Assembly: GCA_027925225.1 (NCBI GenBank)
Contig: AP027131.1
Location: forward strand, 390,001 to 422,000
DNA: 32,000 nucleotides
Origin: Candidatus Saccharimonadota bacterium
GTDB lineage: Bacteria; Bacillota_I; Bacilli_A; Mycoplasmatales; Hepatoplasmataceae
Direction of reading: 5' to 3'
Shown: piece after piece, positions 29,584 to 32,000 of the stretch
How positions within the stretch are numbered: the stretch's first letter is position 1
Layout of the letters: the number at the start of each line of letters is the position of its first letter
Position numbers and translations under genes: made by a program
Notes under the pieces: generated by a model
The model's database searches: none
Seen by the model: the letters and a program-made list of their open reading frames with translations, nothing else
What the model was told of the DNA's origin: nothing

Positions 29584-29673
29584 TTATAAATTTACATCTT
29601 ATAATGAAAATAATTTGAAATAAAAAAACACATTTATTAAATATAATAATTTTTATAAGATGTAAATTAATAA
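29584..29673. repeat. Inverted repeat with a 16-bp perfect core (20 of 21 when extended) flanking a 48-bp spacer, between genes A and B
   Basis: AATTTACATCTTATAA (29589-29604) pairs with TTATAAGATGTAAATT (29653-29668). The flanks extend the match to 29584 and 29673 with one mismatch. Confidence 0.85.
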
Positions 29674-29828
29674 ATATAAATATAAAATTGCAAATTTAAA
29701 TAATAAAAATTATTATGATATTTATTTAATTAATAATAGAAAAATATCATTTAGTAGCAATGTTTAAATATTAATTTTGATTCTATTAAATAATTTTATT
29801 TTTTAAAAAAAGTTATAATTATTATAAT

Positions 29829-32000
29829 TTGAAGAGAATTTTTTTTATTTTAATAATTTTACCTAATATTTTTTTTACACAAATATTTTTTTCGTTAAAT
29901 AATAATAAATTAATGACAAATGAATATTCTTATATAGAAAGTGGAATACCAATAAATTGATATCCAAATCAAAAAGAAAATAGTATAAATTTTGGACTTA
30001 TAATACATGAAAATGAAAATCATGATTTTTATGAAAATTTAATAAGTAATGATAGTTTTATTAAAATTGGAATAGGCGATAGACCAAATGGTTCAAATAA
30101 TATTGGAGTTGCTGATTATGAATTTCCATGTATCAATATGCCAACAGAAGAAGAATTAGATTTAAATTCTATTTATGAATATATTTTTGAAATAAATATA
30201 GAATTTTTCAAAGATGACCAATATTGATTATATAAAATTGAAGACAATATTCTTTCAATAGATAATTATTATGATGAACCACTTAATAATATTAGATTTT
30301 ATGATGATTTAAAAATAACTAATAATGATTTTAAACAAAATACTTTTAATCCTTATATTGTTGGAAAAAATGGATTTAAAATTATAAAAACAACAGAAAA
30401 TTCAGTTCAATTTCAAATTAAAGCAATAAATGATTATGAAGAAAGTTATGATTTCGAAAACAGTTCTTTTAACGTGACTTTAAATAATATTGATAATGAT
30501 TTTATAATTAATACTAAAGCTAATTATATAGGTATTGGAGAAGAAGATAATACATATGTTTATGAAATAAATGGTTTAACTTCTGATACAAATTATGAAA
30601 TTCTTTCTTTAGATAACACAAATCTCTCTGTTCTTAATCCTTGCTATGAAAATGATTCTTCAATTTCAATTAATGATACATATGAAAACGGTGGTTTAAA
30701 TTCAGATGGTCATTTTAAAACAATTCGAGAAGAGAAATCTTACATAGAAGAAAAGGGATTTGAAATTTTAGATACAACATCAAATTCTGTAAAATTTCAA
30801 ATAACTGTAATAGAGGATGAAGAAAATAGTTTTGATCCTTCTATTTCTTTAAATGTAACAATAAATGATTCCTTAGGAAATTCAATAAATAAAACAGCAA
30901 ATTATATCGAAGAAGAAAGCTCTGGAAATAATTATGTTTATGAAATAACAGGCCTTGAAGAAGGAACAAATTACGAAATTATTTCTCTAAATGATACAGG
31001 ACTTGCTGTTGGAAGCGGTTTAAATGAAATTGATAATGAAATTTTAATAAGCGATGATTTGGGCGCTGATGGAAGTTTTAATACTTTAAATGATGATCCT
31101 TACATTGAAGAAAAAGGATTTGAAATTTTAGATACAACATCAAATTCTGTAAAATTTCAAATAACTGTAATAGAGGATGAAGAAAATAGTTTTGATCCTT
31201 CTATTTCTTTAAATGTAACAATAAATGATTCCTTAGGAAATTCAATAAATAAAACAGCAAATTATATCGAAGAAGAAAGCTCTGGAAATAATTATGTTTA
31301 TGAAATAACAGACCTTGAAGAGGGAACAAGTTATGAAATTATTTCTCTAAATGATACAGGACTTGCTGTTGGAAGCGGTTTAAATGAAATTGATAATGAA
31401 ATTTTAATAAATGATGATCTGGAAGCAGAAGGAAATTTTGTAACATCGAATACTAACCCGTATATTGAAACTGGTGCTAATAGTGGCTTTGAAATTATAA
31501 ATTATACAGAAACAACTGTAACTTATACAATTAATGTTTATAATAAAAAACCAAATGAAAATATTGATGTTACATTAACATTAAATGAAAATAATTTAGC
31601 ATCCCCTAAAATTAACAATAATTTAACAGAAACAAAAACATATTCATCACATCTTGTAGATTCTGATGAGGAAAATAATAAATATACATATAAAGTTACA
31701 AATTTAAATGATAATACTGATTATACTTTTTATTCTTTAGATAACAGCGGACTTGCAATTGGAAGTAGTTCTGAAGAAATTGATGATCAAATAATACTTA
31801 CTGATGAATTATTCGTTAATCCAAATTTATTATTTTTTAAAACATATGAAAGCAAAATTCCAAATTATGTTTGAATAATTTTAATAATTTTTCTAATTAT
31901 AATTATTTTTATAGGTATTTTATTAGTTCTAAAAATAATAAACAAAAATAAAGAAAAAAAAATAGATAGAGAAATTAATAATTTAGCAGGAGAAAGAATT
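29829..32000 (+). CDS. Modular repeat surface protein B (paralogue of A with four repeat modules); 3' end runs off the window
   Basis: TTG start at 29829. The product LKRIFFILIILPNIFF aligns with A's MKKNLLVIIFLPIIFF, and the frame is closed upstream at 29787-29789. The frame stays open to 32000 through TGA codons, including the one at 31872-31874 before the TM anchor. Modules start at 30348, 30735, 31095 and 31455. Confidence 0.8.
30735..31454 (+). repeat. Tandem in-frame duplication, 2 x 360 bp (one 120-aa module each)
   Basis: Copies at 30735-31094 and 31095-31454. A 195-nt stretch (30756-30950 versus 31116-31310) is identical, and a further ~76-nt identical stretch follows after a few substitutions. 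Confidence 0.92.

Noticed and set aside
29814-29828. TATAAT hexamers (29814-19 and 29823-28) abutting the TTG start of gene B as a promoter for a leaderless mRNA.
   Set aside because: Leaderless translation generally needs AUG, the predicted TSS would fall at or inside the start codon, and such hexamers are frequent by chance in this composition.
30735-31454. Whether the regular long repeats near the right end could be a CRISPR array or a mobile element.
   Set aside because: The repeats are 360-bp units lying in frame within a continuous ORF and encoding protein modules. There is no short-repeat/unique-spacer structure, no cas genes, and no transposase or terminal inverted repeats.

Overview
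This is a very AT-rich, gene-dense chromosomal segment from a Mollicutes-type bacterium that reads TGA as Trp (translation table 4). The supplied standard-code ORF track is therefore fragmented. gatA, mnmA, alaS, ftsZ, dinB, plsY, nadE, the YfcC-family transporter and the surface-protein genes become continuous, with their conserved motifs in order, only when in-frame TGA codons are read through. I re-derived all coordinates by hand on that basis.

Core content, left to right:
- a stand-alone 5S rRNA with its own promoter and terminator
- gatC-gatA-gatB-mnmA
- a membrane protein and a Cof-type HAD phosphatase
- a two-gene membrane module on the minus strand
- alaS-ruvX
- two tandem uridine-kinase paralogues
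- greA
- rplU-prp-rpmA
- a YfcC-family transporter
- ftsZ, followed by two uncharacterised coiled-coil proteins, then nadE
- plsY (minus strand)
- dinB
- a polytopic membrane protein
- a frame-interrupted comEC

The clearly accessory part is the right end (26.8-32 kb). Two long AT-only intergenic regions flank a tandem pair of large paralogous surface proteins. Each has a signal peptide, a divergent N-terminal domain, three or four roughly 120-aa beta-rich repeat modules, a C-terminal TM anchor and a Lys-rich tail. A third, more diverged member ends at 1..375. The pair shows a near-identical 578-nt 3' block, a 360-bp in-frame module duplication and a 28-nt repeat relic just after the first gene. 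An inverted repeat and a palindrome lie in the upstream regions.

I consider this modular, recombining surface-protein family the best candidate for an undescribed system. The ftsZ-linked coiled-coil gene pair is second. No CRISPR array, tRNA, transposase or recombinase is visible in the window.
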